Program-made: the position numbers and the translations under genes
NCBI GenBank assembly: GCA_009691525.1
Contig: SICG01000003.1
Coordinates: 1-60,631, forward strand
Reading direction: 5' to 3'
DNA length: 60,631 bases
Source: Candidatus Latescibacterota bacterium
GTDB lineage: Bacteria > Latescibacterota > UBA2968 > UBA8231
The notes under the pieces: model-generated
Told to the model about the DNA's origin: nothing
Database searches by the model: none
The model's input: only the letters and a program-made list of their open reading frames with translations
In this document: one piece after another, positions 39,555 through 48,214 of the stretch
Layout of the letters: each line of letters starts with the position of its first letter
Numbering within the stretch: the first letter of the stretch is position 1

Positions 39555-39817
39555 GGTGTTTCTCTCTCTTCGAGGTTGCGGGCTTCCTGCATGATGCGGT
39601 TGAAGAGGTCCTCGATGGTCTGGGTGCTGAGGGGCCCCTGGTTGTACGCGGTGAGCCGTTCGAGGATGGCTCGTTCCCGCTGGAGGTCCTGGACGGGCCT
39701 GCCGTGTTGGCGTTTGAGCCGGCCGATCTCCAGCACGTACTGCAGGCGCTGGTTGAGCAGGTCCACTAGTTGCTGATCCACCGCGTCGATGCGGGCCCGC
39801 CATTCACTCAAGTCCAT
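39551..39817 (-). CDS. Chorismate mutase (AroQ class)
   Basis: WRARIDAVDQQLVDLLNQR, IGRLK, RE. Confidence 0.9.
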   Translation of the reverse strand: MDLSEWRARIDAVDQQLVDLLNQRLQYVLEIGRLKRQHGRPVQDLQRERAILERLTAYNQGPLSTQTIEDLFNRIMQEARNLEERETP

Positions 39818-39824
39818 GGCGGCC

Positions 39825-40808
39825 CTACCTCAGCCCCATGGCGCAGCGCACCCGGGTCATGGTCGCCTCGACCAGGGGGCGCAGTCGTGTCACGCCCTGG
39901 GCCAGGATCTGGTCGATTTGTTCGGGTGCACTGGTGATCTCGCGATAGCGCGCTTGGATGGGTTCGAGGGTGGCGACCACTAGGTCGGCCAGGTCGCCCT
40001 TGAGCTGGGCGTAGCCCTTGCCGGCAAAGTGGGCCTCGATCTCTTCCTGGCTCTGGCCGGAGAGGGCTTGAAAGATGGTGAGCAGGTTAAAAACCCCAGG
40101 GCGCTCGCGGTCGAAGACAATCTCGCGCTGCGAGTCGGTGGTGGCCCGGCTCAACTTCTTGCGGATCAGGGCTGGCGGGTCGAGCAGCCCGATGCCGTGG
40201 CTGTCGCTGGTGGTGGACTTGGACATTTTCTTGCTCGGATCGTCGAGGCCCATCACCCGCGCCGCCACCTTGCGGATCACCGGCTCGGGCAACACAAAGG
40301 TCTCCCCGAAGAGATGATTGAAGCGCTGGGCGATGTCGCGGGCCAGTTCTACATGCTGTTTCTGATCGTCGCCCACCGGCACTTCCTCGGTCTGGTAGAG
40401 CAGGATGTCGGCGGCCATCAGGGTGGGGTAGGTGAAGAGTCCGGCGCTGACCTGCTCGCGCAGGTCGTCCGATTTCTCCTTGAACTGGGTCATGCGCTGC
40501 AGCCAGCCCATGGGGGTAACGCAGTTGAAGAGCCAGGCCAGCTCGGTGTGCTCGGGGACATGGGACTGTACGAAGAGGGCGCACGGTGCGGGATCGAGGC
40601 CGCAGGCCAGGTACAGGCCCACCAGTTCGCGCACGTTCTGCCGCAGGGCAGCCGGCTCGTAGTCGACGGTGATGGCGTGCTGGTCCACCACACAGAAGAT
40701 ATTTTCACACTTGTCCTGGTCGGCCACCCAGTTGCGGATGGCCCCCAGGTAGTTGCCCAGGTGCAGGCTGCCCGAAGGCTTGATGCCCGAGAAAACGCGT
40801 TTTTTCAT
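39825..40808 (-). CDS. trpS: Tryptophan--tRNA ligase
   Basis: HLGNYLG, YPTLMAADIL, VPVGDDQ, KMSKS. Confidence 0.95.
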   Translation of the reverse strand: MKKRVFSGIKPSGSLHLGNYLGAIRNWVADQDKCENIFCVVDQHAITVDYEPAALRQNVRELVGLYLACGLDPAPCALFVQSHVPEHTELAWLFNCVTPMGWLQRMTQFKEKSDDLREQVSAGLFTYPTLMAADILLYQTEEVPVGDDQKQHVELARDIAQRFNHLFGETFVLPEPVIRKVAARVMGLDDPSKKMSKSTTSDSHGIGLLDPPALIRKKLSRATTDSQREIVFDRERPGVFNLLTIFQALSGQSQEEIEAHFAGKGYAQLKGDLADLVVATLEPIQARYREITSAPEQIDQILAQGVTRLRPLVEATMTRVRCAMGLR

Positions 40809-41590
40809 CGCCCCAACAGCTCTCTGACTTTGGCCCCGATGTCCGCCTCCCGCATCAGGGCTTCGCCCACCAGGACGGCGTCGGCACCGGCTTCCTGCAG
40901 TCGCTCCACATCGGCGCGGGTATTGATGCCGCTCTCGCTCACTTTCAGGCACCCCTCCGGCAGCAGGGGGAAGAGTTCAAAGGTGGTGTCCAGGGTGGTC
41001 TTGAAAGTCTTGAGGTCGCGGTTGTTGACCCCCACCAATCCGGCCCCTGCCTGCACGGCGCGCTCGGCCTCGGGGCGGGTGTGTACCTCCACCAGGGCGG
41101 CCAGACCCAACTCGGCGGCCAGACCGAGGAAATCCTCCAACTGGCTGCCGTCCATCAGCGCCACGATCAATAAGACCGCGTCGGCGCCCAGCACCCTGGC
41201 CTGGTAGAGCTGGTACGGGTCCAGGGTGAAGTCCTTGCGCAGGGTGGGCAACCCGGCCACCCTGCGGGCCGCCTGTAGGTACTCGTTGCACCCTTGAAAA
41301 TAAGCCTCGTCGGTCAGCACCGAAAGCGCCCGCGCCCCGTGTTCGGCATAGGTGGCGGCGATGCGCTCGGGATCGAAGTCAGCGCGGATGAGGCCCTTGG
41401 AAGGGGAGGCTTTCTTGATTTCGGCGATCAGTGCCACTTCCTTCCCCCTCAGGGCGCCGACAAAGTCGAGGGGCGGCGGGGCGTCGGCAGCGGCATGGCG
41501 CAGGTCGGCTAGGGAGTGCAGGTGTTTGTCGCGCTGCACCACCTCGCGTTTGTAGGTGGCGATCTCCTGGAGGACGTCGCGGCCGTTCAC
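40805..41590 (-). CDS. trpC: Indole-3-glycerol phosphate synthase
   Basis: EIKKASPSKG, LSVLTD, LRKDF, GVNNRDL, SESGI. Confidence 0.95.
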   Translation of the reverse strand: MNGRDVLQEIATYKREVVQRDKHLHSLADLRHAAADAPPPLDFVGALRGKEVALIAEIKKASPSKGLIRADFDPERIAATYAEHGARALSVLTDEAYFQGCNEYLQAARRVAGLPTLRKDFTLDPYQLYQARVLGADAVLLIVALMDGSQLEDFLGLAAELGLAALVEVHTRPEAERAVQAGAGLVGVNNRDLKTFKTTLDTTFELFPLLPEGCLKVSESGINTRADVERLQEAGADAVLVGEALMREADIGAKVRELLGR

Positions 41591-42597
41591 CGGTTGCTCA
41601 CCTGCCTGAGGACTTCCAAGGCCTGCAGCGCCCTGCCGGAGGCGATGGACTGACGGGCCAGTTCCATACCCTCATTCAGGTCAGCGGCCAGGCCGCCGGC
41701 GGCGATGGCAGCGGCGGCGTTGAGCAGCACGATATCGCGCGGCGGGCCTTCTTCACCTTTGAGCACTGCACCCAGGATCTGGGCGTTGTGCTGGGCGTCG
41801 CCTCCCTTGAGGGCAGCGGCAGGGGCGGTCTTGAGACCGAACTCTTCGGGGCGCACCTGGTAGGTGGAGACCTGGCCCGCCTTGAGTTCGGCCACCTGGG
41901 AGGGGCCGGTGAGGGTGAGTTCGTCGAGGCCATCGCTGCCGTGGACCACCAAGGCCCGTTCCGAACCCAGGGCCTTGAGCACCTGGGCCAGCTTCTCGGT
42001 GAGGCTGCCGCTGTACACGCCGATGAGCTGGCGGCGGGCTCCGGCCGGATTGGTCAGCGGTCCCAGGGCGTTGAAGACGGTGCGGGTGCCCAGTTCGCGG
42101 CGCGGGCCAATGGCGTGTTTCATGGCGCCGTGGAGTTTGGGGGCAAAGAGGAAACCGATGCCGGCCTCGTCGAGGCAGGCGCCCACCTGCTCGGGGCCGA
42201 TCTCCACGTTCACCCCCAGGGCCTGGAGCACGTCGGCCGAGCCGCACTGGCTCGACATGGCGCGGTTGCCGTGTTTGGCCACGCACAGGCCGGCCCCGGC
42301 GGCCACAAAGGCTACCGTGGTGGAGATGTTGAAGGTGCCCGACCCATCGCCGCCGGTGCCGCAGGTGTCGATCAGGGGCTGGCGGCTGGTGTGGATGGGG
42401 GTGGCCTTCTGGCGCATGGCCTCGGCGCAGCCGGCGATTTCCTCGGCGGTTTCGCCCTTGCAGCGCAGGGCGATCAGGAAACCGGCAATCTGGGCGTCGG
42501 TGGTCTGGCCGCTCATGATCTGGTCCATGACCTGCCTGGCCGTCTCGCGGCTGAGGTCTTTTCGGTCGATCAGCTGCTGGATGGCTTCTTTGATCAT
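41587..42597 (-). CDS. trpD: Anthranilate phosphoribosyltransferase
   Basis: DTCGTGGD, NIST, KHGNR, GSAD, GLDE. Confidence 0.95.
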   Translation of the reverse strand: MIKEAIQQLIDRKDLSRETARQVMDQIMSGQTTDAQIAGFLIALRCKGETAEEIAGCAEAMRQKATPIHTSRQPLIDTCGTGGDGSGTFNISTTVAFVAAGAGLCVAKHGNRAMSSQCGSADVLQALGVNVEIGPEQVGACLDEAGIGFLFAPKLHGAMKHAIGPRRELGTRTVFNALGPLTNPAGARRQLIGVYSGSLTEKLAQVLKALGSERALVVHGSDGLDELTLTGPSQVAELKAGQVSTYQVRPEEFGLKTAPAAALKGGDAQHNAQILGAVLKGEEGPPRDIVLLNAAAAIAAGGLAADLNEGMELARQSIASGRALQALEVLRQVSNR

Positions 42598-42657
42598 CGC
42601 TATTTTCCTGTGCCGAGAGATAGGGCTAGTAGTCCATCATATTGACTCTGAAGGTGT

Positions 42658-42798
42658 CGTCGGGGAGCGACCCGCTCCGGCCTTTCCCAAGGCGCGTCCT
42701 TCACCCTCGCTCGCTCTGGCTCCGCTACCCAACCCCCAACCACGTGGACTTCCCTGCCCAGCCACTCCCCGGGAAAGGCCTCGGGGTCATCTCCCCGC
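42658..42798. repeat. Structured intergenic repeat, copy 2
   Basis: Aligns to 35986-36127 in the same orientation. Confidence 0.9.
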
Positions 42799-42819
42799 GC
42801 AGTACCACGCCGATCGCTT

Positions 42820-42867
42820 GAAAGAAAAGGCGAGGAGAACGACCTCACCGGGATGGTACTGTTCCAT
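42820..42867 (-). pseudogene. N-terminal remnant of PemK/MazF-like toxin
   Basis: MEQYHPGEVVLLAFSF directly after an antitoxin-like gene; similarity is lost just before the repeat element. Confidence 0.5.
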
Positions 42868-42870
42868 TTC

Positions 42871-43092
42871 TCAGGGGAGCCGGTCGTACACGACATCAGC
42901 GTCGCTGTATCCCGCGAGGAACTGCTCTGCGGTCAATTGCGCCCAGGCAGACGGGTCTTGATCGGTCTCGGGAACCAGGAGGAGCACCCGGACCTCCTTT
43001 TCTCGCGGCAGTTGGTCGCTGAAGCCAGCGGGGATATCGAGCTGGCCATCGGCGGTAATTTTTTCCGGGAATTCGTAGGCTTTCACACGCAC
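42871..43092 (-). CDS. Small acidic antitoxin-like protein
   Basis: KITADGQLDIP (AbrB-like), C-terminal FLAGYSDADVVYD; true start may be GTG at 43086. Confidence 0.6.
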   Translation of the reverse strand: MRVKAYEFPEKITADGQLDIPAGFSDQLPREKEVRVLLLVPETDQDPSAWAQLTAEQFLAGYSDADVVYDRLP

Positions 43093-43102
43093 CTCATAGT
43101 GG

Positions 43103-43146
43103 ACGAAAGCGGGCTGAATCTAGGCGTCGCTTTCGTTCTTTGTCAA
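43103..43146 (-). promoter_or_regulatory. Promoter with inverted-repeat operator for the TA remnant
   Basis: TTGACA-18nt-TAGATT; ACGAAAGCG/CGCTTTCGT inverted repeat flanking the -10 box. Confidence 0.55.
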
Positions 43147-43167
43147 GGCAAAGGCCCCGATCAGGTT

Positions 43168-43551
43168 TCACACACTGATCTTGTAATCCAATTTGGCTTC
43201 GTCGCCGGTCAGGCCGCGGAAGCCCCAGTTGTGGGGTGGGCTTTCGCGGATGCTGATCTCGACGTCCACGGGGGCGATGCCCAACTGGGATTCTATGGTC
43301 TCGAAGAGCAGGTGGAGCAGTTTCTTCTTGGCTTCGACCGAGCGGCCTTCCATCATGTCGATCTCGATGAGGGTGTAGGCGTCGGAGCGGCCCTCCGGGT
43401 AGTAGAGGTCTTCGCGATCCAGAGGGAAGAAACGATGCGCCCTTTTGTTCGGGGGAAATTTCAGGGCTTCGACCATGCAGGTATTGATGAGGTCCGAGAG
43501 CCGGCTCTTGATGGGGTTCAGTTTTTCTCGGATACCGTAGATGCGGATCAT
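43168..43551 (-). CDS. Tautomerase family protein (cis-CaaD/MSAD-like length)
   Basis: GRSDAYTLIEI..MEGRSVEAKK, NWGFRG; ATGA coupling to trpE(G). Confidence 0.85.
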   Translation of the reverse strand: MIRIYGIREKLNPIKSRLSDLINTCMVEALKFPPNKRAHRFFPLDREDLYYPEGRSDAYTLIEIDMMEGRSVEAKKKLLHLLFETIESQLGIAPVDVEISIRESPPHNWGFRGLTGDEAKLDYKISV

Positions 43552-45692
43552 TCTGTTCCTCCCTTCGCCAGTTTTTCTATCACTCGCGCGATAAGTCTGA
43601 GTCCCAGGTTTTCCTTGAGGGTGAGGATGGATTCGGGGTGGAACTGCACCGCTGCCGCTGGATAACTCTCGTGTTCCACGGCCATGATCACCCCCTCCTC
43701 GGTGCGGGCCCGCACCTTGAGGCAGGCGGGCAGGGCCTCGGGGATGGCAAAGAGGGAGTGGTAGCGGCCGGCCACGAAGGTGGCAGGGAAGCCCTCCAGA
43801 AACCCCTCCCCCGAACACTCGACCACCGAACTCTTGCCGTGCATGGGGTACCCGAGCACCCCCAACTTGCCGCCAAAGGCCTCGACCATGCCCTGCAGCC
43901 CCAGGCACACCCCAAAGACGGGCAGTCGGCGCTGCACACACTGGCGCACCAGTTCGGGCACCCCGAATTCCTCGGGGGTGCCCGGCCCCGGCGAGATGAA
44001 CACCAGATCTGGTTTCAGCTCGTCGAGCAGGTGATAGGGAAAGCCGGCCCGCAGGGTGGTGACCTCGGCCCCGGTCTGGCGCACGTAATCCCCCAGGGTG
44101 TGCACAAAGGAGTCGCGGTTGTCGACAAAGAGCACCTTCTTGCCAGTGCCGGTGGCCTGCAGCGCGAGCGCACTTTGCGGGGCCGGGGGAGCCAACCCCA
44201 GCACCGCGTTGGTGAAGGCCTCGGCCTTGGTGCGGCATTCCCGCTCTTCCTCGTCGGGATCTGAATCGCACAGGATGGTGGCCCCCACCCGCACCCTGGC
44301 CTCGCCCTCCTCCAGGTGGACGGTGCGGATGGTGATGCCGGTGTTGATGTCTCCGTTGAAGCGCAACATGCCCACGCAGCCCCCGTACCAGCGGCGGGCG
44401 GAGTTTTCCAGCGTCTCGATCATCTGCATGGCCGCCGGCTTGGGCGCTCCGGTCAAGGTGACGGCCCACAGGTGGGAGAGCAGCGCGTCGAAGGCGTCGA
44501 AGCCGGGCCGCAGTTCGCCCACCACGTGATCCACGGTGTGGATGAGCCGCGAGTAGGTCTCGATCAGCCGGCGGCCCAGCACCCGCACGCTGCCGGCCTT
44601 GCAGACCCGGGCCTTGTCGTTGCGGTCCACGTCGGTACACATGGTCAACTCGGCCTCGTCCTTCTGCGAGTTGAGCAGGGTCAGGATCTGGTCGGCGTCT
44701 TCGATGGGCGAAGCCCCGCGCCGGATGGTGCCGGCGATGGGGCAGGTCTCCACCTGAGTGCCTTCCACCCGCACGAACATCTCGGGCGAGGCACCCACCA
44801 GCTGCTCGTGGCCCAGGTTGATGAGGAACTCGTACGGGCTGGGATTGGTGCGGCGGATATTGGCGAAGAGGTCGCTGGGCGCTCCGGCAAAACCGGCGCT
44901 GAGCACCTGGCTGGGCACTACCTCGAAGAAATCGCCCCGGCCGGTGCCCTCGATGATCCGGCGCACCTTGTCGGCGTACTCGCCAGGGGCGTGGTCGCTG
45001 GCCAGCGCACTGCGTTTGCCCTGCACCGGCGGCAGGGCCTGACCGCCGCCGGCCAGACCATGGGTGGAGAGTTGGCCGAGGCAGAAGTCGTAGCGGTAAC
45101 GGAGGGCCTGCTCCTTGCGATGGTCGACGACGATCAGCTCGTCGGGCAGAAAGAGGTGCAGGTCGGGGTGTTGGGCCGGGCGCTGGTGGCGCAGGGTTAT
45201 GGGTTCGAACTGGAAAACCAGGTCGTAGCCCATGGCCCCGTAGAATCCCAGGTGGGGTTCGCCGGGAGCGCCGAACTGCCGGACCAGGGCGCGCAGCAGG
45301 CTGAAGATGGTGGGCTGCTTGCTGCGCTCTTCCTCGGAAAAATGGGCGGGCATGGGCGCCACCTGGCCGCGCAACTCGTCCTCGCTGTTCTCCAGGGCGC
45401 TGAGATGGGCATGGCCCTCGATGCCCTGGCGGAAGAGCTGCAGCAAGGGCCGGCCCCGTTGGTTGAGGGCGCGCACGGTGAAGTCGCGGCCGCGGGCCAC
45501 CACCTCCACTGGCGGATCGACGAAGCCGATATCCCAGCGGCTGTACCGCCCCGGATATTCGTAGCCGCTGGCAAAAACTGCGCCCCGGTGGGCGTCCAGC
45601 CGTGCCAGGAGGAGGTCCAGGGCCCCGGCGACGGGCAGTTCTTCGACGGCGCAGGTGACTTCGATACCGCCGGCTGTCAGATAGGTATGCAT
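43548..45692 (-). CDS. trpE: Anthranilate synthase, fused TrpE-TrpG
   Basis: NPSPY, ASPE, PIAGT, TGAPK, WYGG, then DNRDSF, SPGPG, GVCLG, QFHPES. Confidence 0.93.
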   Translation of the reverse strand: MHTYLTAGGIEVTCAVEELPVAGALDLLLARLDAHRGAVFASGYEYPGRYSRWDIGFVDPPVEVVARGRDFTVRALNQRGRPLLQLFRQGIEGHAHLSALENSEDELRGQVAPMPAHFSEEERSKQPTIFSLLRALVRQFGAPGEPHLGFYGAMGYDLVFQFEPITLRHQRPAQHPDLHLFLPDELIVVDHRKEQALRYRYDFCLGQLSTHGLAGGGQALPPVQGKRSALASDHAPGEYADKVRRIIEGTGRGDFFEVVPSQVLSAGFAGAPSDLFANIRRTNPSPYEFLINLGHEQLVGASPEMFVRVEGTQVETCPIAGTIRRGASPIEDADQILTLLNSQKDEAELTMCTDVDRNDKARVCKAGSVRVLGRRLIETYSRLIHTVDHVVGELRPGFDAFDALLSHLWAVTLTGAPKPAAMQMIETLENSARRWYGGCVGMLRFNGDINTGITIRTVHLEEGEARVRVGATILCDSDPDEEERECRTKAEAFTNAVLGLAPPAPQSALALQATGTGKKVLFVDNRDSFVHTLGDYVRQTGAEVTTLRAGFPYHLLDELKPDLVFISPGPGTPEEFGVPELVRQCVQRRLPVFGVCLGLQGMVEAFGGKLGVLGYPMHGKSSVVECSGEGFLEGFPATFVAGRYHSLFAIPEALPACLKVRARTEEGVIMAVEHESYPAAAVQFHPESILTLKENLGLRLIARVIEKLAKGGTE

Positions 45693-45705
45693 GGCACTCT
45701 CTCCC

Positions 45706-45746
45706 AAAAAAAGAAACCGCGAGCGCTTTAGGTGCGCCCGCGGTTT
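45706..45746 (-). terminator. Attenuator terminator upstream of trpE(G)
   Basis: AAACCGCGGGCGC-7nt-GCGCTCGCGGTTT followed by CTTTTTTT. Confidence 0.9.
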
Positions 45747-45770
45747 TAGCTTGCTCCGGTGAATCGGCTG

Positions 45771-45863
45771 CTATGCGCTGTGGGGTGGACGCACTCCTGC
45801 AATGCTCCAAGTATAGGGCCAGGAGCGCCACCAACGGTTGCTATGGGCAGAGCGAAGTTTCAT
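45771..45863 (-). CDS. trpL: Trp operon leader peptide (30 aa)
   Basis: MKLRSAHSNRWWRSWPYTWSIAGVRPPHSA; four Trp including tandem WW. Confidence 0.88.
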   Translation of the reverse strand: MKLRSAHSNRWWRSWPYTWSIAGVRPPHSA

Positions 45864-45902
45864 GTCCACGATCTTTCTGCAGCGCGAAAATTTGGTGCAG
45901 TC

Positions 45903-45931
45903 AAGATACAAGCCCCCCCTGCCCCTGTCAA
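45903..45931 (-). promoter_or_regulatory. Sigma70-type promoter of trp leader
   Basis: TTGACA-17nt-TATCTT. Confidence 0.75.
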
Positions 45932-45968
45932 GTGCAGAGGGTGTTAGAGGCCGGAGCCCGATCCGGGG

Positions 45969-46736
45969 TCAAATCGAGGCGGTCGTAGCCCCGTCCACAT
46001 AGAGGGCGCTGCCGGTCACGGCGGTGGACTCGTCGGAGGCCAAAAAGAGCACGGCGTAGGCCACCTCGCGGGTGGAGGCCATACGGCCCAGGGGCTGCTG
46101 GCGTTTGACGATTGGGTAGAGTTTGTCCATGCCGCCCAGGTCCTCGGCCACTTTGAGGTTCATGGGGGTTTCCACCCAGCCGGGGCAGAGGGCGTTGACG
46201 CGGATGCCCTGCTCGGCGTACGACACGGCCAGCGCCTTGGTCAGCCCGATGACCCCGGCCTTGGAGGTGGTGTAGGCTTCGTAGCCCGGCTCGGTCAGGG
46301 TGGCCATCACCGAAGAGGTGTTGATGATGGAGCCAACGCCGCGCTGGAGCATGTGGGGTATCACCGCTTTGCACATCAGGAACATGGCCTTGACGTTCAC
46401 GGCCTGCACCTCGTCCCAGGTCTCTTCGCTGACCTGCTGCAGGTCGCCATAGGGCATGATGCCGGCGTTGTTGAAGACCACGTCGATCTGGGCGAAGGTT
46501 TCCAGGGCGGTGGTGACTACGCGCTGGATAGTGGTTGATTGCGAGACGTCGCCGCATACCGCGACTACGGCGGCCCCGGCGCGTTTCACCCGCGCGCTGG
46601 TCTCGGCCAGACCGGCCTCGTCGCGGTCGACCAGCACCAGCCTGGCGCCGTGTTCGGCGAACAACTCGGCGGTGCCCTGGCCTATACCGGAGGCTGCGCC
46701 GGTGAGGATGGCGACTTTGTCCTTTAGCCGAGACAT
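45969..46736 (-). CDS. SDR family oxidoreductase
   Basis: TGAASGIG, NNAG, YTTSK, VNALCPG, VDG. Confidence 0.93.
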   Translation of the reverse strand: MSRLKDKVAILTGAASGIGQGTAELFAEHGARLVLVDRDEAGLAETSARVKRAGAAVVAVCGDVSQSTTIQRVVTTALETFAQIDVVFNNAGIMPYGDLQQVSEETWDEVQAVNVKAMFLMCKAVIPHMLQRGVGSIINTSSVMATLTEPGYEAYTTSKAGVIGLTKALAVSYAEQGIRVNALCPGWVETPMNLKVAEDLGGMDKLYPIVKRQQPLGRMASTREVAYAVLFLASDESTAVTGSALYVDGATTASI

Positions 46737-47199
46737 AGACGATTTCCTGGTGAAAGGTGTGGCGTACGAATCATGAAGTACAAAAGATCTTTTCAAGCCT
46801 ATGGTCAACTGAGGATGCGCCCGGTCGCGAAGGCGGTCGCCCCTCCCACAACACCGATTCCCTCAACCGGTATCCGGCTTCGCTGGTCGACCATTTGGTC
46901 GAAGGGGGGCAGGAAGCGGTCCAGGCAGGGAAGTTCAACGAAAACAATGATTACCTGTGGTTGTGCTCTCGACCATTCGGTCGGAGTTCGCGGCGACCTT
47001 TGGGGCCGGAAGGGTCGGGGCCAATGCGTATAACTCTTTTCATGGCAATGTATTATGCGAGATGCAGTTATCCTGGTGTCCGTACGGCATCTCCTTTCCT
47101 ATTCCCTATACCAGATACCAGCCGCAAGAGTCAGGCGGTTGGCAGGCAAACGCCCCGGTAGGACGCCTGCACCCAAACAACTCAACAAGGAGAATAGCA

Positions 47200-47855
47200 A
47201 TGAAGAAGACCTGGATCATGACCGGCGCGCTGCTAGTCGTCGCAGCCTCTGCCATGAATGCGAGTGCCCACGGCAAGGGCGTCAGGGCGGCATGGGCATG
47301 GGTATGGGCCCGGCAGGCATGGGCAGAGGTATGGTTAAGGGCGCCCGGGTTGGTCTGGGCACCCAGCTGGGGCTGAGCGCTGAACAGCAGACTCAGCTCG
47401 ATGCCCTGAAAGCCACTTATGATAAAAAAGAAACAGCCCTGCGCGGCGAGGAGCAGGCTGCCTTCAAAGCGCTGCTCAACACCGAGCAGCAGGCCGCGCT
47501 GGATGCCGCTGCCCCCGTTGGCAGAGGTCATCACCGCGGCGGCCCGGTAGTGAATCTCACCACAAAGCAGCAGACCCAGTTCGAAGCGCTGCGCACTGAA
47601 TTCCGCACCCAGCACGATGCCGCGCGCGCCGAGTTCCAGACCGCTTTCGAGGCGCTGCTCACCGTCGATCAGAAGACCAAGCTGGCCACTTTGAAGGCCG
47701 CCGGTCCCTTTGGCGACTGCCTCCGGGCATCGGTGCCACCGGCACCACGGGCACCAGCACCACGTCCGCTAGCCAAGATGGTTGCCGAGGACGAGCCGGC
47801 TGCGGGGGATCAGGTGACCTCCTGGGGCCAGCTCAAGAACGCGGACTCCGAGTAA
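47200..47855 (+). pseudogene. Spy/CpxP-like secreted helical protein, frameshifted
   Basis: AAGGAG + MKKTWIM signal; frame change near 47280; LSAEQQ, LNTEQQ, LTTKQQ, LTVDQK repeats; ends SWGQLK. Confidence 0.65.
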
Positions 47856-47952
47856 TCGATGCGCCGGGATAGCCTGTTTCAGGAGCAGGCTGTCCCGGTG
47901 TGTTCGCGACCAAAAAAAGGAGCGCGGTCTTGGACGACAACAAGCTGGTCGA

Positions 47953-48193
47953 AATGAGGAGAGCTCTTAGCTTGCTGCCAGCGGAGCCCTCGTCGTCCGA
48001 AAGGAGGCGGCGTGCGGCCCTGCTGCTCTTCGCGAGCCTGGCGGCTGCTGCGCTTGCCGAGGGTTGCGGCAGTGCCAGCTCCGATACCCTGACTGGACCA
48101 TCCTTGACGACGACCACGGACGGTTCCTATCCTCTCGACCTGCGCGGCAAGGTGCTCGGCCGGCCCGCCACAACCTGGCCCAGGTGGCAGTGA
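47953..48193 (+). CDS. Short lipoprotein-like ORF or fragment
   Basis: RRRR, hydrophobic run, then AEGC; start uncertain. Confidence 0.35.
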
Positions 48194-48214
48194 GCTTGGA
48201 AGGAGAAACGCTGA

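Noticed and set aside
35986-42798. Repeats as ends of a composite transposon, or as CRISPR repeats
   Set aside because: No transposase, the enclosed genes are core, there is no spacer periodicity and no cas genes
43168-45834. 888-aa ORF
   Set aside because: Only the last 127 aa (tautomerase) look real; the rest is an Arg/Pro-rich alternate frame over trpE(G)
45706-45931. T-box riboswitch
   Set aside because: No T-box consensus seen; the leader peptide explains the structure
46757-47161. Short overlapping ORFs upstream of the SDR gene
   Set aside because: No RBS or family motif; probably intergenic or an unrecognisable remnant
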